Under the pieces are notes generated by a model, which was not told the DNA's origin, searched no databases, and saw nothing but the letters and a program-made list of their open reading frames with translations. From Rhodobacterales bacterium (GTDB taxonomy: Bacteria; Pseudomonadota; Alphaproteobacteria; Rhodobacterales; Rhodobacteraceae), in the NCBI GenBank assembly GCA_038207585.1, contig JBBQZP010000023.1, forward strand, positions 323 through 64,322: a DNA stretch of 64,000 nucleotides, written 5' to 3'. The stretch's first letter is position 1; each line of letters starts with the position of its first letter. Both the position numbers and the translations under genes were made by a program. Shown here piece after piece: positions 31,280-41,202 of this stretch.

Positions 31280-32230
31280 ATGAACAAGACCGCTGGTCTC
31301 GCCATTACGGCGATGCTTGCGCTTGGGGCGACGCAGGCCTTGGCGCAGGAAAAGAAGCAACTCGCCTTTATCGTCAACGCGGCATCAGACTTCTGGAAAT
31401 TGTCTGAAGCTGGCGTCGCCAAGGCGCAGGCGGAACTTGGCGATGGCTACGAGTTGCAGTTCCGCTATCCGGCCCAAGGCACAGCCGCACTGCAGAACGC
31501 CCTGATGGATGATCTTGCCGCCGCTGGCACCGATGCCATCATGATCTCGTCCGCCGACCCCAAGAACTCGATCGACGCGTTCAACAGAATTGCGGCCCAG
31601 ATCCCGCTGTTCACCACCGATTCGGATGCGCCGCAATCCAACCGCGTGGCCTATCTGGGGTCGTCCAATACCCTCGCCGGTGAGCAAGCCGGGGCCGAGA
31701 TGGTCAAGGCACTTCCTTCAGGCGGCAAATGCATGGGCTTTGTCGGCTTTCTTGATGCCGACAACGCCAAAGAGCGGATCGCCGGCTTTAAAACCGCTAT
31801 CGAAGGGCACAACATCGAATTGGTCGACGTGCGCGGCGATGATGTCGATTTCGCGCGTGCCCGGTCCAACGTCGATGACGTTCTAGCCGCCAACCCCGAG
31901 ATCACCTGCATGGTGGGTTTCTACAGCTACAACCCACCCAAGATCTACGAAGCGTTGCAAGCGGCAGGCAAACTGAGCCAGATCACCGTCGTCGCCTTTG
32001 ACGAAGATCCGGTGACCCTGGGTGCCGTCAAGGAAGGTTCGTTTTCCTCGACTATCGTGCAGCAGCCGTTTGAATGGGGCTATCAGGGCATGAAGTTGAT
32101 GGCGGCCTATCTGAATGGCGACAAATCGGGCGTCCCGGCGGATGGCCTGATCATCATCCCGACCAAGGTGATCGACAAATCCAACGTTGACCAGTTCTCG
32201 GCTGATCTGAAAGCCATGATCGGCGGTTGA
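31280..32230 (+). CDS. monosaccharide ABC transporter substrate-binding protein (RbsB-like)
   Basis: ATG at 31280 after GGGAGGACAGAA. Signal peptide MNKTAGLAITAMLALGATQALA. Type-I periplasmic binding fold. Confidence 0.8.
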   Translation: MNKTAGLAITAMLALGATQALAQEKKQLAFIVNAASDFWKLSEAGVAKAQAELGDGYELQFRYPAQGTAALQNALMDDLAAAGTDAIMISSADPKNSIDAFNRIAAQIPLFTTDSDAPQSNRVAYLGSSNTLAGEQAGAEMVKALPSGGKCMGFVGFLDADNAKERIAGFKTAIEGHNIELVDVRGDDVDFARARSNVDDVLAANPEITCMVGFYSYNPPKIYEALQAAGKLSQITVVAFDEDPVTLGAVKEGSFSSTIVQQPFEWGYQGMKLMAAYLNGDKSGVPADGLIIIPTKVIDKSNVDQFSADLKAMIGG

Positions 32231-32240
32231 TCGCGGCTTG

Positions 32241-32281
32241 GGCCGATGCGGGATGCTCTCCCGCATCGGCCTCATTTTATT
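32241..32281 (+). terminator. intra-operon stem-loop plus T-rich tail after the SBP gene
   Basis: GGCCGATGCGGGA-TGCTC-TCCCGCATCGGCC is a perfect 13-bp stem followed by TCATTTTATT. It lies 10 nt after the SBP stop and 9 nt before the ATPase ATG. Confidence 0.65.
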
Positions 32282-32289
32282 GGTGATCA

Positions 32290-33810
32290 ATGGCCGAACC
32301 CTTTCTGATCTTGTCCGACATCTGCAAAGCCTATCCCGGCGTGCAAGCGCTGGACCACGTGGCCCTGCAAGCCGCCCCCGCTGAAATCATTGGCCTGGTC
32401 GGAGAAAACGGCGCTGGCAAAAGTACGCTGATGAAGATTTTGGGCGGCGTCATCCGACCCAGTTCCGGCCGCATCACCATAGACGGGCAAAGCCATGACG
32501 CCTTGAACGTGGGCCAGTCGATGGCGGCGGGTATTGCCTTTGTTCATCAGGAACTGAACCTGTTCGACAATCTTGATGTGGCCGCCAACGTCTTTATCGG
32601 TCGCGAACCGCTGATGGGTGGCCCCTTGCGGTTGGTGGATCGCAAAAAGATGGCTGCCATGGTCCAGCCCTTTCTGGATATGCTGGGAGCAGAATTCACC
32701 CCCACCACGCCAGTCTCGGCGCTGTCCATCGCAGCGCGGCAAATATTGGAAATCGCCAAGGCCCTGTCGCAAAACGCCCGCCTGCTGATATTGGACGAAC
32801 CGACCTCCAGCCTGACCATGTCCGAAACGCAGCGTTTGCTGGAGGTGATCGGCACTTTAAAGGCCCGGGGCGTCTGCGTGATCTTTGTTACCCACCGCCT
32901 GAACGAACTGACCGCCTGCGCCGACCGCATCGTGGCTCTGCGCGACGGTCGGCTGGCGGGTCATCTGGCCAAGGCCGACATCAGCCCGGCAGCGATGATC
33001 CAGTTGATGATCGGGCGCGACCTGAAATCGCTGTACACTCCACCCAGAGCCGCAGCCAGCGCCCTTCCGGTGCTTGAGACGATGGCTCTGACCACCGCCG
33101 CATGGCCCGTAGAACAGGTCAATCTGACCCTGCGCCAAGGCGAGATTCTGGGTCTGGCCGGCCTGATCGGCTCTGGCCGAACGGAACTGGCCCGCGCACT
33201 GTTTGGCATTGACCGCCCATTGCAGGGTCAGGTCCGGGTCAACGGTCAACCCGTGCCGCCGGGAGACCCGGCCAAGGCGATTGCCGCAGGCATCTTTCTG
33301 GTGCCCGAGGATCGCAAACAAACCGGTCTGTTGCTCGATCTGCCGATTGCTGAAAATGTCGTTCTGGCCAGCCTTCCCGCCCATGCGCGGGCGGGGATGG
33401 TGCAGGCCGGACGCATCCAGTCGACCGGTCAGCGGATGAAGGGCGAACTCGACATCCGCGCCGCCGATGTCGCCGTGCGGGCGGGCACCTTGTCCGGCGG
33501 CAACCAGCAAAAGGTCGTGCTGGCCAAATGGCTGTCGCTGTCGCCGCGCGTCCTGATCTGCGACGAGCCGACGCGGGGCATCGACGTGGGCGCAAAACAG
33601 GAAATCTACCTGATGCTGCGCCGCCTGGCTGACAGCGGCATCGCAGTCCTGATGATCTCGTCCGACATGGAGGAAGTCATCGGCGTATCAGACCGGGTGG
33701 CGGTCATGCACGAAGGCCGCATCAATGGCATCTTGCAACGAACAGAACTCAGCGAACACGCGGTCATGCAACTGGCCGTCTCGCGCGAAACAGAGGACGG
33801 GGCGACATGA
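32290..33810 (+). CDS. sugar ABC transporter ATP-binding protein, duplicated cassette (RbsA-like)
   Basis: Two ABC halves (GENGAGKST … LSIAARQILEIAKAL; GLIGSGRTE … LSGGNQQKVVLAKWL). Confidence 0.85.
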   Translation: MAEPFLILSDICKAYPGVQALDHVALQAAPAEIIGLVGENGAGKSTLMKILGGVIRPSSGRITIDGQSHDALNVGQSMAAGIAFVHQELNLFDNLDVAANVFIGREPLMGGPLRLVDRKKMAAMVQPFLDMLGAEFTPTTPVSALSIAARQILEIAKALSQNARLLILDEPTSSLTMSETQRLLEVIGTLKARGVCVIFVTHRLNELTACADRIVALRDGRLAGHLAKADISPAAMIQLMIGRDLKSLYTPPRAAASALPVLETMALTTAAWPVEQVNLTLRQGEILGLAGLIGSGRTELARALFGIDRPLQGQVRVNGQPVPPGDPAKAIAAGIFLVPEDRKQTGLLLDLPIAENVVLASLPAHARAGMVQAGRIQSTGQRMKGELDIRAADVAVRAGTLSGGNQQKVVLAKWLSLSPRVLICDEPTRGIDVGAKQEIYLMLRRLADSGIAVLMISSDMEEVIGVSDRVAVMHEGRINGILQRTELSEHAVMQLAVSRETEDGAT

Positions 33811-34757
33811 CCAAAAAGGATATCGGACTGCTGCTGTTGATCCTGATCGTCAGTGCTGCGGTGGCCATCAAAAACCCGCTGTTCCTGTCACCGATCAACC
33901 TTGCCAACACGGCTAACCTGATTGGCCTGTTCGGCATTGTCGCCATAGGACAGGCCGTGGTCATCATGACCGGTGGCATCGAGTTGTCGGTCGGCTCGAT
34001 CATCTGCCTGCTGGGGGTGCTGTTCGTCGATCTGCTGGTGAACTTTGGCTTGCCCTGGCCGGTGGTTCTGATCCTGATCATGTGCTTGGGCGCACTGATC
34101 GGGCTGTTGCACGGATTGATGATCACCCGGCTGGACCTGCAACCCTTTATCGTCACGCTGTGTGGCCTGTTGATCTACCGTGGTGCCGCGCGGTTTTACA
34201 CCGCTGACGCCACAGCAGGGTTCAAGTTTGGCCAGACCTTTCCCACCTTGGAACAGATGACCATCGGCCGCATCGCGGGGGTGCCGGTGTCGTTCATGGC
34301 CATGCTGGTGATCGGCGCGGTGATGTGGGTCGTGCTGCACCGGTCGGTCTTTGGCCGTTATCTGCAAGCGGTGGGTAAGAATGAGGAGGCGGCGCGCTAT
34401 TCCGGCATCCCCACTCAGCGCGTGATTGTCATGGCCTACGTGATTTGCGGTCTGCTGACCTCGCTGTCTGCAGTCTATTTTGCGATGTACACCAAATCCA
34501 TCTCGCCGTCGTCGCACGGCAACTTTTACGAACTCTACGCGATTGCCGCCGCCGTCTTGGGTGGATTTTCTCTGCGGGGTGGCGAGGGGTCGATTGTCGG
34601 CGTCGTACTGGGTGCCGTGCTGTTGCAAGTGCTGCAAAATCTGGTGAACCTGCTCGGCACCCCGTCGTCGCTGAACTTTGCAGTCACTGGCTCGGTCATT
34701 CTGATTGGCGTGCTGGCCGACACACAATACAGCAAATACCGAAAAAGACGCCTGTAA
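33807..34757 (+). CDS. sugar ABC transporter permease (RbsC-like)
   Basis: 316-aa polytopic BPD_transp_2-type protein (TGGIELSVGS motif). Overlaps the ATPase stop by 4 nt. Confidence 0.85.
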   Translation: MTKKDIGLLLLILIVSAAVAIKNPLFLSPINLANTANLIGLFGIVAIGQAVVIMTGGIELSVGSIICLLGVLFVDLLVNFGLPWPVVLILIMCLGALIGLLHGLMITRLDLQPFIVTLCGLLIYRGAARFYTADATAGFKFGQTFPTLEQMTIGRIAGVPVSFMAMLVIGAVMWVVLHRSVFGRYLQAVGKNEEAARYSGIPTQRVIVMAYVICGLLTSLSAVYFAMYTKSISPSSHGNFYELYAIAAAVLGGFSLRGGEGSIVGVVLGAVLLQVLQNLVNLLGTPSSLNFAVTGSVILIGVLADTQYSKYRKRRL

Positions 34758-34999
34758 CCTGCGCCACCATCGGTCAATGCACCTCTGGTCGCGCAACCCG
34801 GCCCGGCGTGTTCGGTCGCTTTCGGCCCTTGCAGCCGTTCGACGCTGTGAAGGGGGTGTTGACATGCGTCTTCCAGACAAACCTGGAAGCGGACAAAGAT
34901 CCGGCCATTCGGGACGGAAATGGTAGTCGCGACCGATCCGGTGATCACCAAAGACGGCGTCCTGTACGAAAAGGGTTGAAACGTTTCGATGCTGCGGCC

Positions 35000-36046
35000 A
35001 TGCAAGGTGTCGTGATCCCTTCATCCGAACAGACACCGCTCTCCCTGGACGCCCTTGGCTGGTCGGCGTATTTTGGTGATCAGATCGGGCCTGACGAGAC
35101 GCATCTTTCCCCGACGCGCATAGCGACCGTCCATCGGTCAAGACTGACGGGCGAAACCGAATTCGGCCAAGTGCGGCTGAACCTTCCGGCATCTTTCAAC
35201 ACCACGGATTTTGCGGTTGGGGATTGGGCTCTTATGGAGCTTGAGACGAACATGCTTGTGCGGCGGCTGGATCGAAAGACCCTTTTGCAGCGCCACACCG
35301 AAGGCGGCCGCGCACTGCAACTGATCGCAGCGAATGTGGATACGCTTTTCATCGTCACGTCCTGCAACAACGACTTCAACCCCGCACGGCTGGAGCGGTA
35401 TCTGGCGCTTGCGAATGAGGCGGGCACGAACCCGGTGATCGTTCTGACAAAGGCCGACCAAACCGCCGACAGCACAGCGTACCAACAGCAGGCGGCGGCT
35501 CTTCAGCGCGGTCTGGATGTTGTCGTGCTGAATGCAACAGCGCCTGAGGCGGCGCTGCCTTTGGCGCAATGGTGCGGTCCCGGGCAGACCGTTGCCCTTA
35601 TCGGGTCTTCAGGGGTCGGGAAATCAACCCTGCTGAACACGCTTTCGGCCAAGACGGGCGATGAGATGCAACCAACCGGCAGCATCCGCGAGGCCGACGC
35701 CAAGGGGCGCCACACCACCACGTCGCGTTCGTTGCATGCCATACAGGGCGGCGGCTGGGTGATCGACACGCCCGGAATGCGCACATTGCAAGTCGGCGAG
35801 GTGGCGGCGGGGCTGGATGTCCTCTTTGCCGAGATTGTCGACCTTGCGCCGGACTGCCGCTTTGCCGATTGCACGCATGACCATGAACCGGGCTGCGCGG
35901 TTCAGGCGGCGGTTGCGGCTGGAACCCTTGACCCGGCGCGCCTTGAGCGGTGGCGCAAACTTGTTGAGGAAAACCGGGCCAACTCTCCCGTTCAGACCGG
36001 GCCCCGTGGAAACAAGATCACCAAGGCACGGGGAAAGCGCGGCTGA
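35000..36046 (+). CDS. rsgA: ribosome small-subunit-dependent GTPase A
   Basis: Start trimmed to the ATG at 35000. Circularly permuted GTPase motifs VLTKADQ … GSSGVGKSTLLN … DTPGMR and a C-terminal zinc motif CRFADCTHDHEPGC. Confidence 0.85.
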   Translation: MQGVVIPSSEQTPLSLDALGWSAYFGDQIGPDETHLSPTRIATVHRSRLTGETEFGQVRLNLPASFNTTDFAVGDWALMELETNMLVRRLDRKTLLQRHTEGGRALQLIAANVDTLFIVTSCNNDFNPARLERYLALANEAGTNPVIVLTKADQTADSTAYQQQAAALQRGLDVVVLNATAPEAALPLAQWCGPGQTVALIGSSGVGKSTLLNTLSAKTGDEMQPTGSIREADAKGRHTTTSRSLHAIQGGGWVIDTPGMRTLQVGEVAAGLDVLFAEIVDLAPDCRFADCTHDHEPGCAVQAAVAAGTLDPARLERWRKLVEENRANSPVQTGPRGNKITKARGKRG

Positions 36047-36276
36047 ACTGGTTGTGAAACCAGGTCAGGCCCAAAGCTGCCGATTGGCCCGTTGAAACGA
36101 TTTGACGCAACAGTCGCATCACCCGTCGCCTTGCGTCGTTGCCCACACCTTGTGCGGCGCGCGGATTAGCAAAAGAAGATGGGTCCGGTGATATTACAGG
36201 GCTCTTTGCACCCTGCTGTTCAGACTCTCTCAAATATCATTGACTCGCAGACATCCAATATGCTGATCTTGTAAAG

Positions 36277-36291
36277 CGGTTTAGTAAACCG
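36277..36291. promoter_or_regulatory. candidate LacI-family operator (CGGTTTA-G-TAAACCG)
   Basis: Perfect 7-bp inverted arms around one central base, 22 nt upstream of the LacI-family ATG at 36314. Function is inferred from position only. Confidence 0.3.
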
Positions 36292-36313
36292 ATTCACGTG
36301 TTGGGATTGGCCG

Positions 36314-37330
36314 ATGGCAGTGGCAAGCCTGAAGGATGTGGCGCAAACGGCCGGTGTGTCCGTGACAACGGTTTCACGCTTTCTGAACGGGTCACTTGAT
36401 CTGCCAGAGCGGACGCGCACGGCGGTCGAGCAGGCAATCCTTACGCTGAATTATCTGCCCAATCCCCATGCGCGCAGGCTTAGTCGGGGGCGGTCCGATA
36501 CGATCGGTCTGGTCATTCCCGATATTGCCACGCCGTTCTTTGCGACCCTCGTCGCAGCGGTCGAGGCCGAGGCAGACCGGCGCGGGTTGGGATTGACCCT
36601 GCATGCAACCCTGAACCGGCGGGAACGCGAACTTTCATATCTGCAAGCGGTCCGGCGCAATCAGGTTGACGGTCTGATCTTCGTGACGAACCATCCCGAT
36701 GACGGAACCCTTGCCGCCGCCATCAACGCCAGTGGTCAGGTGTTGATTCTGGATGAGGATGTGGCGGGAACGTCTGCTCCCAAGCTGTTTTGCGACAATG
36801 ATCAGGGCGGCTATCTGGCGGGGCGGCATCTGGCCGAAGCCGGGCATCGCCGGGTGCTGTTCATCGGCGGAGCCGACACCATGCTCAGCGGCAAGCGCCG
36901 GTTTGCCGGATTCCGGCGCGCGATGATCGAGGTTTGGGGCCAGGACGTTCAGATCGCACGTTATGAGGGCGAGTATCTGGCCGAATTCGGGCGGGTGGCG
37001 GCAAAACGCATGCTGGCCGAAGACCAGCGTCCGACCGCAGTTTTCGCAACCTCCGATGAAATCACGATCGGCGTGCTGGAAGTTCTGAACGCCGTGGGCA
37101 TGCGTGTGCCGCACGATCTTTCGCTTGTCGGTTTCGACGATGTCGGCCCGCTGCATCTTTTCGCACCCGCCGTGACAGCGGTGCGCCAGCCGGTCCGGGC
37201 GTTGGGCGTGCGTGCCCTTGCCCTGCTTCTGGATACCGACTGGACCAACCCCGCAAATCTTCCGTCAGAGGAGATACTGCCTGTCACCCTGATCACGCGG
37301 AATTCCGTTGCACCGCTGATCCGGTCCTGA
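36314..37330 (+). CDS. LacI-family transcriptional regulator
   Basis: MAVASLKDVAQTAGVSVTTVSRFLNG HTH followed by a sugar-binding fold. Confidence 0.85.
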   Translation: MAVASLKDVAQTAGVSVTTVSRFLNGSLDLPERTRTAVEQAILTLNYLPNPHARRLSRGRSDTIGLVIPDIATPFFATLVAAVEAEADRRGLGLTLHATLNRRERELSYLQAVRRNQVDGLIFVTNHPDDGTLAAAINASGQVLILDEDVAGTSAPKLFCDNDQGGYLAGRHLAEAGHRRVLFIGGADTMLSGKRRFAGFRRAMIEVWGQDVQIARYEGEYLAEFGRVAAKRMLAEDQRPTAVFATSDEITIGVLEVLNAVGMRVPHDLSLVGFDDVGPLHLFAPAVTAVRQPVRALGVRALALLLDTDWTNPANLPSEEILPVTLITRNSVAPLIRS

Positions 37331-37347
37331 ATAGCAACTTCCAACAG

Positions 37348-38316
37348 ATGGGACACAAAATGACCACGACAAAACTGACAGCGCTTTCACGGCGAGGCCT
37401 TGGCCTTGTTCTTGGCTCGGCCGTTCTTTTGGCGGCGGTGCCCGGCATGGCACAGGACAAAAAGACGTTCGCCCTTGTCCAGATCAACCAGCAGGCCCTG
37501 TTCTTCAACCAGATGAACGAAGGCGCGCAAAAGGCAGCGGATGCCGCCGGGGTAGACCTTGTGATCTTCAACGCCAACAACGATCCGGCGGCCCAGAACA
37601 GCGCCATCGAGACGTATATTCAGGAAGGTGTGGACGGCATCGCGATTGTGGCGATTGATGTGAACGGCATCATGCCGGCGGTCGATCAGGCGGTGGCGGC
37701 GGGTATTCCGGTTGTTGCCATTGACGCCATCCTGCCCGAAGACGGCAAGCAGTCGGCGGTGATCGGGGTAGATAACGGCAAGGCGGGTGCGGACCTTGGT
37801 GCCTATTTTGTCGAATACGCAAAGGGCGCTGGCGGCGCCAAGATCGGTGTCGTGGGTGCGCTGAATTCCTTTATCCAAAACTTGCGCAAGGATGGGTTCG
37901 AGGGTGTTCTGACAGGCGTTGAAGGCATCACCATGGCTGGCACCGTCGATGGCCAGAACGTGCAGGATACCGCACTGGCCGCGGCTGAAAACCTGATGAC
38001 GGCGAACCCCGACATGACCGCGATCTATGCCACCGGCGAACCGGCCCTGCTGGGTGCCGTGGCGGCAGTCGAAAGTCAGGGGCGGCAGGCCGATGTCAAG
38101 GTCTTTGGCTGGGATCTGACCGCATCGGCGGTGGCCGGAATTGACGCAGGTTATGTCGAGGCGGTGATCCAGCAAGACCCCGCAGGTATGGGCGGCGCTG
38201 CAGTTGACGCGCTTAAAACCATCACCGACGGCGGCACGGTTGAACGGAACATCGCGGTTCCCGTGACCATCGTGACCAAGGCCAATGTTGACGACTTCCG
38301 GTCCATGTTCAAATGA
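37348..38316 (+). CDS. monosaccharide ABC transporter substrate-binding protein
   Basis: Type-I PBP fold. The leader has an RR pair (LSRRGLGLVLGSAVLLAAVPGMA). The start may instead be the ATG at 37360. Confidence 0.8.
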   Translation: MGHKMTTTKLTALSRRGLGLVLGSAVLLAAVPGMAQDKKTFALVQINQQALFFNQMNEGAQKAADAAGVDLVIFNANNDPAAQNSAIETYIQEGVDGIAIVAIDVNGIMPAVDQAVAAGIPVVAIDAILPEDGKQSAVIGVDNGKAGADLGAYFVEYAKGAGGAKIGVVGALNSFIQNLRKDGFEGVLTGVEGITMAGTVDGQNVQDTALAAAENLMTANPDMTAIYATGEPALLGAVAAVESQGRQADVKVFGWDLTASAVAGIDAGYVEAVIQQDPAGMGGAAVDALKTITDGGTVERNIAVPVTIVTKANVDDFRSMFK

Positions 38317-39116
38317 CCGAAACGGCGCTTCACGCCGAAGCGCCCGCTGTGGGAGGGGGCAACCCCCTCCCGCACACGCGGGGGGCCGTGCCGCTGGTAT
38401 CGTTGCGGGGCATCAGCCTGACCTTCGGGTCGCATCAGGCCTTGCGGGGCGTTGATCTGGATGTGATGCCCGGCGAATGTCTGGGCCTGATCGGCGACAA
38501 TGCAGCCGGAAAATCGACCCTGTCCAAGGTGATGTCGGGCACCTACATTCCCGATGCCGGAACGATCCGTGTCGACGGCGAACCTGTGCGATTTTCGGGC
38601 CCGTCCGATGCCCGCGCCCGAGCCATCGAGATGGTATTTCAAGACCTGAGCCTGTGCGACCATGTCGATGTCGTGGGCAATCTTTTTCTGGGGCGTGAAC
38701 TGACTCGCGGCCCTTTTCTGGACCAGAAGCGCATGCTGACCGAGGGGCGGCAGATGCTGGACGCGCTGGAAATCCGCATCCCCCGCCTGACCGCCAAGGT
38801 TGAAAAGCTGTCGGGGGGCCAACGGCAGGCCATCGCCATCGCGCGGGCCGCCAGTTTTCAGCCGCGCGTGCTGATCATGGACGAGCCGACCTCGGCGCTT
38901 GCCGTGGCCGAGGTTGAGGCGGTTTTGGCCCTGATCAACCGGGTCAAGGCCAGGGGCGTGGGCGTGGTACTGATCACGCACCGCCTGCAGGATCTGTTCC
39001 GCGTCTGCGACCGGATTGCCGTGATGTATGAAGGCACCAAGGTCGCCGAACGCCAGATCGGCGAGACGAACCTGCAAGAACTGGTCGATCTGATTGTTGG
39101 CAAGGGGGCGCACTGA
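38313..39116 (+). CDS. sugar ABC transporter ATP-binding protein (single cassette)
   Basis: GDNAAGKST, LSGGQRQAIAIARA, LIMDEPTSAL. Overlaps the SBP stop by 4 nt. Confidence 0.85.
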   Translation: MTETALHAEAPAVGGGNPLPHTRGAVPLVSLRGISLTFGSHQALRGVDLDVMPGECLGLIGDNAAGKSTLSKVMSGTYIPDAGTIRVDGEPVRFSGPSDARARAIEMVFQDLSLCDHVDVVGNLFLGRELTRGPFLDQKRMLTEGRQMLDALEIRIPRLTAKVEKLSGGQRQAIAIARAASFQPRVLIMDEPTSALAVAEVEAVLALINRVKARGVGVVLITHRLQDLFRVCDRIAVMYEGTKVAERQIGETNLQELVDLIVGKGAH

Positions 39117-40117
39117 TGGCCGCCTATTCCGAACGCGCCAAGGGGTCTGCGTTGGCTGATTTCATTTCGGAGAACGCACAGGTGCTATCGATTGCGGTGT
39201 TCTTTGTGGCCTGCATGGTGCTGTTCAGCCTGCTGACATCCACCTTTCTTACCGCCGGGAACCTGCTGAACATCGTCCGGCAGGCGGCCCCGGTGCTGAT
39301 CGTCGCCGTGGCGATGACACTGGTGATCACCACGGCAGGCATCGATCTTTCGGTCGGGTCGACCGTGGCGCTGGTCAATGCCGTCGCGGCGATTGCGCTG
39401 GCGTCGGGGATGGGCTGGATCACCGTTCTTGTTCTGATGATGGTGCTGGGCGGGGTGATCGGGGCCATTCAGGGCTGGTTCATCGCCTATCAGGGCATCC
39501 CGGCCTTTATCGTCACCCTTGCCGGGCTGTCGATCCTGCGCGGCTATGCGCTGTATCTGACCGAAGGCTATTCGATCCCGATCACGGATGTGCCCGGCTT
39601 TTTCTGGCTGGGGCGCGGAACGCTTGCGGGCTTTCCGGTGCCCGCGCTGATCTCGATCCTGGTGGCGATCTTTGGGTTTGTCGTCATGGCGCGCACGCGC
39701 TATGGGCGGCAGGTCGTGGCTGTGGGCTCCAACATGGAGGCGGCGCGGCGCGTCGGCATGCCCGCGTTATGGACGGTAACATCGGTCTACATCGTGTCGG
39801 GTGTCGCCTGCGCCATTGCGGGCCTATTGATTGCGGCACGGCTGGGGTCGGGGTCATCCAACGCAGCGGTCGGTTTTGAACTGCAGGTCATTGCGGCCGT
39901 CGTTCTGGGCGGCACGTCGCTGATGGGGGGCAAGGCCAGCATGATCGGCACCGTTTTGGGCACGATGACCATTGCGGTTATCGGCAACGGGCTGATCCTT
40001 GTTCATATCTCGCCCTTCTTCACCCAGATCGTGACGGGGACGATCATCCTGCTGGCGATCTGGATGAACACCAAACTGTTCAGCGGTGGCTTTCGCTTTG
40101 GAAGGAAACCGAAATGA
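39116..40117 (+). CDS. sugar ABC transporter permease
   Basis: 333-aa polytopic protein with TAGIDLSVGS, RbsC-like. The start overlaps the preceding stop. Confidence 0.85.
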   Translation: MAAYSERAKGSALADFISENAQVLSIAVFFVACMVLFSLLTSTFLTAGNLLNIVRQAAPVLIVAVAMTLVITTAGIDLSVGSTVALVNAVAAIALASGMGWITVLVLMMVLGGVIGAIQGWFIAYQGIPAFIVTLAGLSILRGYALYLTEGYSIPITDVPGFFWLGRGTLAGFPVPALISILVAIFGFVVMARTRYGRQVVAVGSNMEAARRVGMPALWTVTSVYIVSGVACAIAGLLIAARLGSGSSNAAVGFELQVIAAVVLGGTSLMGGKASMIGTVLGTMTIAVIGNGLILVHISPFFTQIVTGTIILLAIWMNTKLFSGGFRFGRKPK

Positions 40118-41181
40118 CCACGGAACTGTCACCGGCGCATGTCGGGTCTGGTCTGGTGATGACGGTCAATGGCCCCATCAACAGCGCCGATCTTGGTGTG
40201 ACGCTGATGCACGAACACCTGCAAAACGATTGTTCCTGCTGGTGGAACGCGCCGAAAGACCCCGCGCGCCAGCATCTGGCAGAGGGGCCGGTGCGCATCG
40301 AAATCCTGTCCGAGTTGCGGCAAGACCCGTTTGTGAACAAGCACAACATCGCGCTGGACGAATTGGATCTGTGTATCGAGGAGATCGGGGCCTTTGCCAA
40401 GGCGGGCGGGCGCACGGTGGTGGACCCGACCTGCCGTGGCATCGGGCGTGACCCGGTGAAACTGCGCCGGATCGCGGCCGGGACGGGGTTGAACATCGTG
40501 ATGGGGGCGGGCTACTACCTTGCCTCGTCGATGCCGGGTGACGTGGCGCGGCTTTCGGTCGATGATATTGCCGATCAGATCGTGGCCGAGGCATTGCACG
40601 GCACGGATGGCACCGACGCGAAGATCGGCTTGATCGGGGAGATTGGCGTGTCGTCTGATTTCACGGCGGATGAGGAAAAATCGCTGCGCGGGGCTGCGCG
40701 CGCGCAGGTGCGCACCGGGCTGCCGCTGATGGTGCATCTGCCGGGCTGGTTCCGCCTTGGCCACCGCGTGCTGGACATGGTGGAGGCAGAGGGGGCCGAT
40801 CTTGCCCACACCGTTCTGTGCCACATGAACCCGTCGTTCGATGACTGGGACTATCAGCGCACCATCGCGGAACGCGGCGCGTTCATCGAATTCGACATGA
40901 TCGGGATGGATTACTTCTATGCCGATCAGCAGGTCCAATGCCCCGGCGATGACGATGTGGCGCGCGCAATCCTGCGGCTGGCCGATGCGGGGCATCTTGA
41001 CCGGATTTTGTTGTCGCAAGACGTGTTCATCAAGATGATGCTGACGCGCTATGGCGGAAACGGCTATGCCTTTGTGATACGCCACTTTCTGCCCCGTCTG
41101 GCGCGGCACGGAATGGATGCCGCGTCCTGCGACAGCCTGTTGACCACCAATCCGCGGCGCGTCTTTGATGCGGCTGTTTAA
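40114..41181 (+). CDS. phosphotriesterase-related protein (PHP/PTE amidohydrolase family, likely lactonase-type)
   Basis: GVTLMHEHL metal-binding motif near the N-terminus, (beta/alpha)8 length and later conserved His/Asp positions (MVHLP…, CHMN…, SQD). Confidence 0.8.
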   Translation: MTTELSPAHVGSGLVMTVNGPINSADLGVTLMHEHLQNDCSCWWNAPKDPARQHLAEGPVRIEILSELRQDPFVNKHNIALDELDLCIEEIGAFAKAGGRTVVDPTCRGIGRDPVKLRRIAAGTGLNIVMGAGYYLASSMPGDVARLSVDDIADQIVAEALHGTDGTDAKIGLIGEIGVSSDFTADEEKSLRGAARAQVRTGLPLMVHLPGWFRLGHRVLDMVEAEGADLAHTVLCHMNPSFDDWDYQRTIAERGAFIEFDMIGMDYFYADQQVQCPGDDDVARAILRLADAGHLDRILLSQDVFIKMMLTRYGGNGYAFVIRHFLPRLARHGMDAASCDSLLTTNPRRVFDAAV

Positions 41182-41202
41182 GTTGCGAGGAAGGGAATTG
41201 CC

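Noticed and set aside
33888-35192. 434-aa minus-strand ORF over the permease gene and the rsgA start
   Set aside because: Antisense artefact. It crosses an intergenic region and has no family resemblance.
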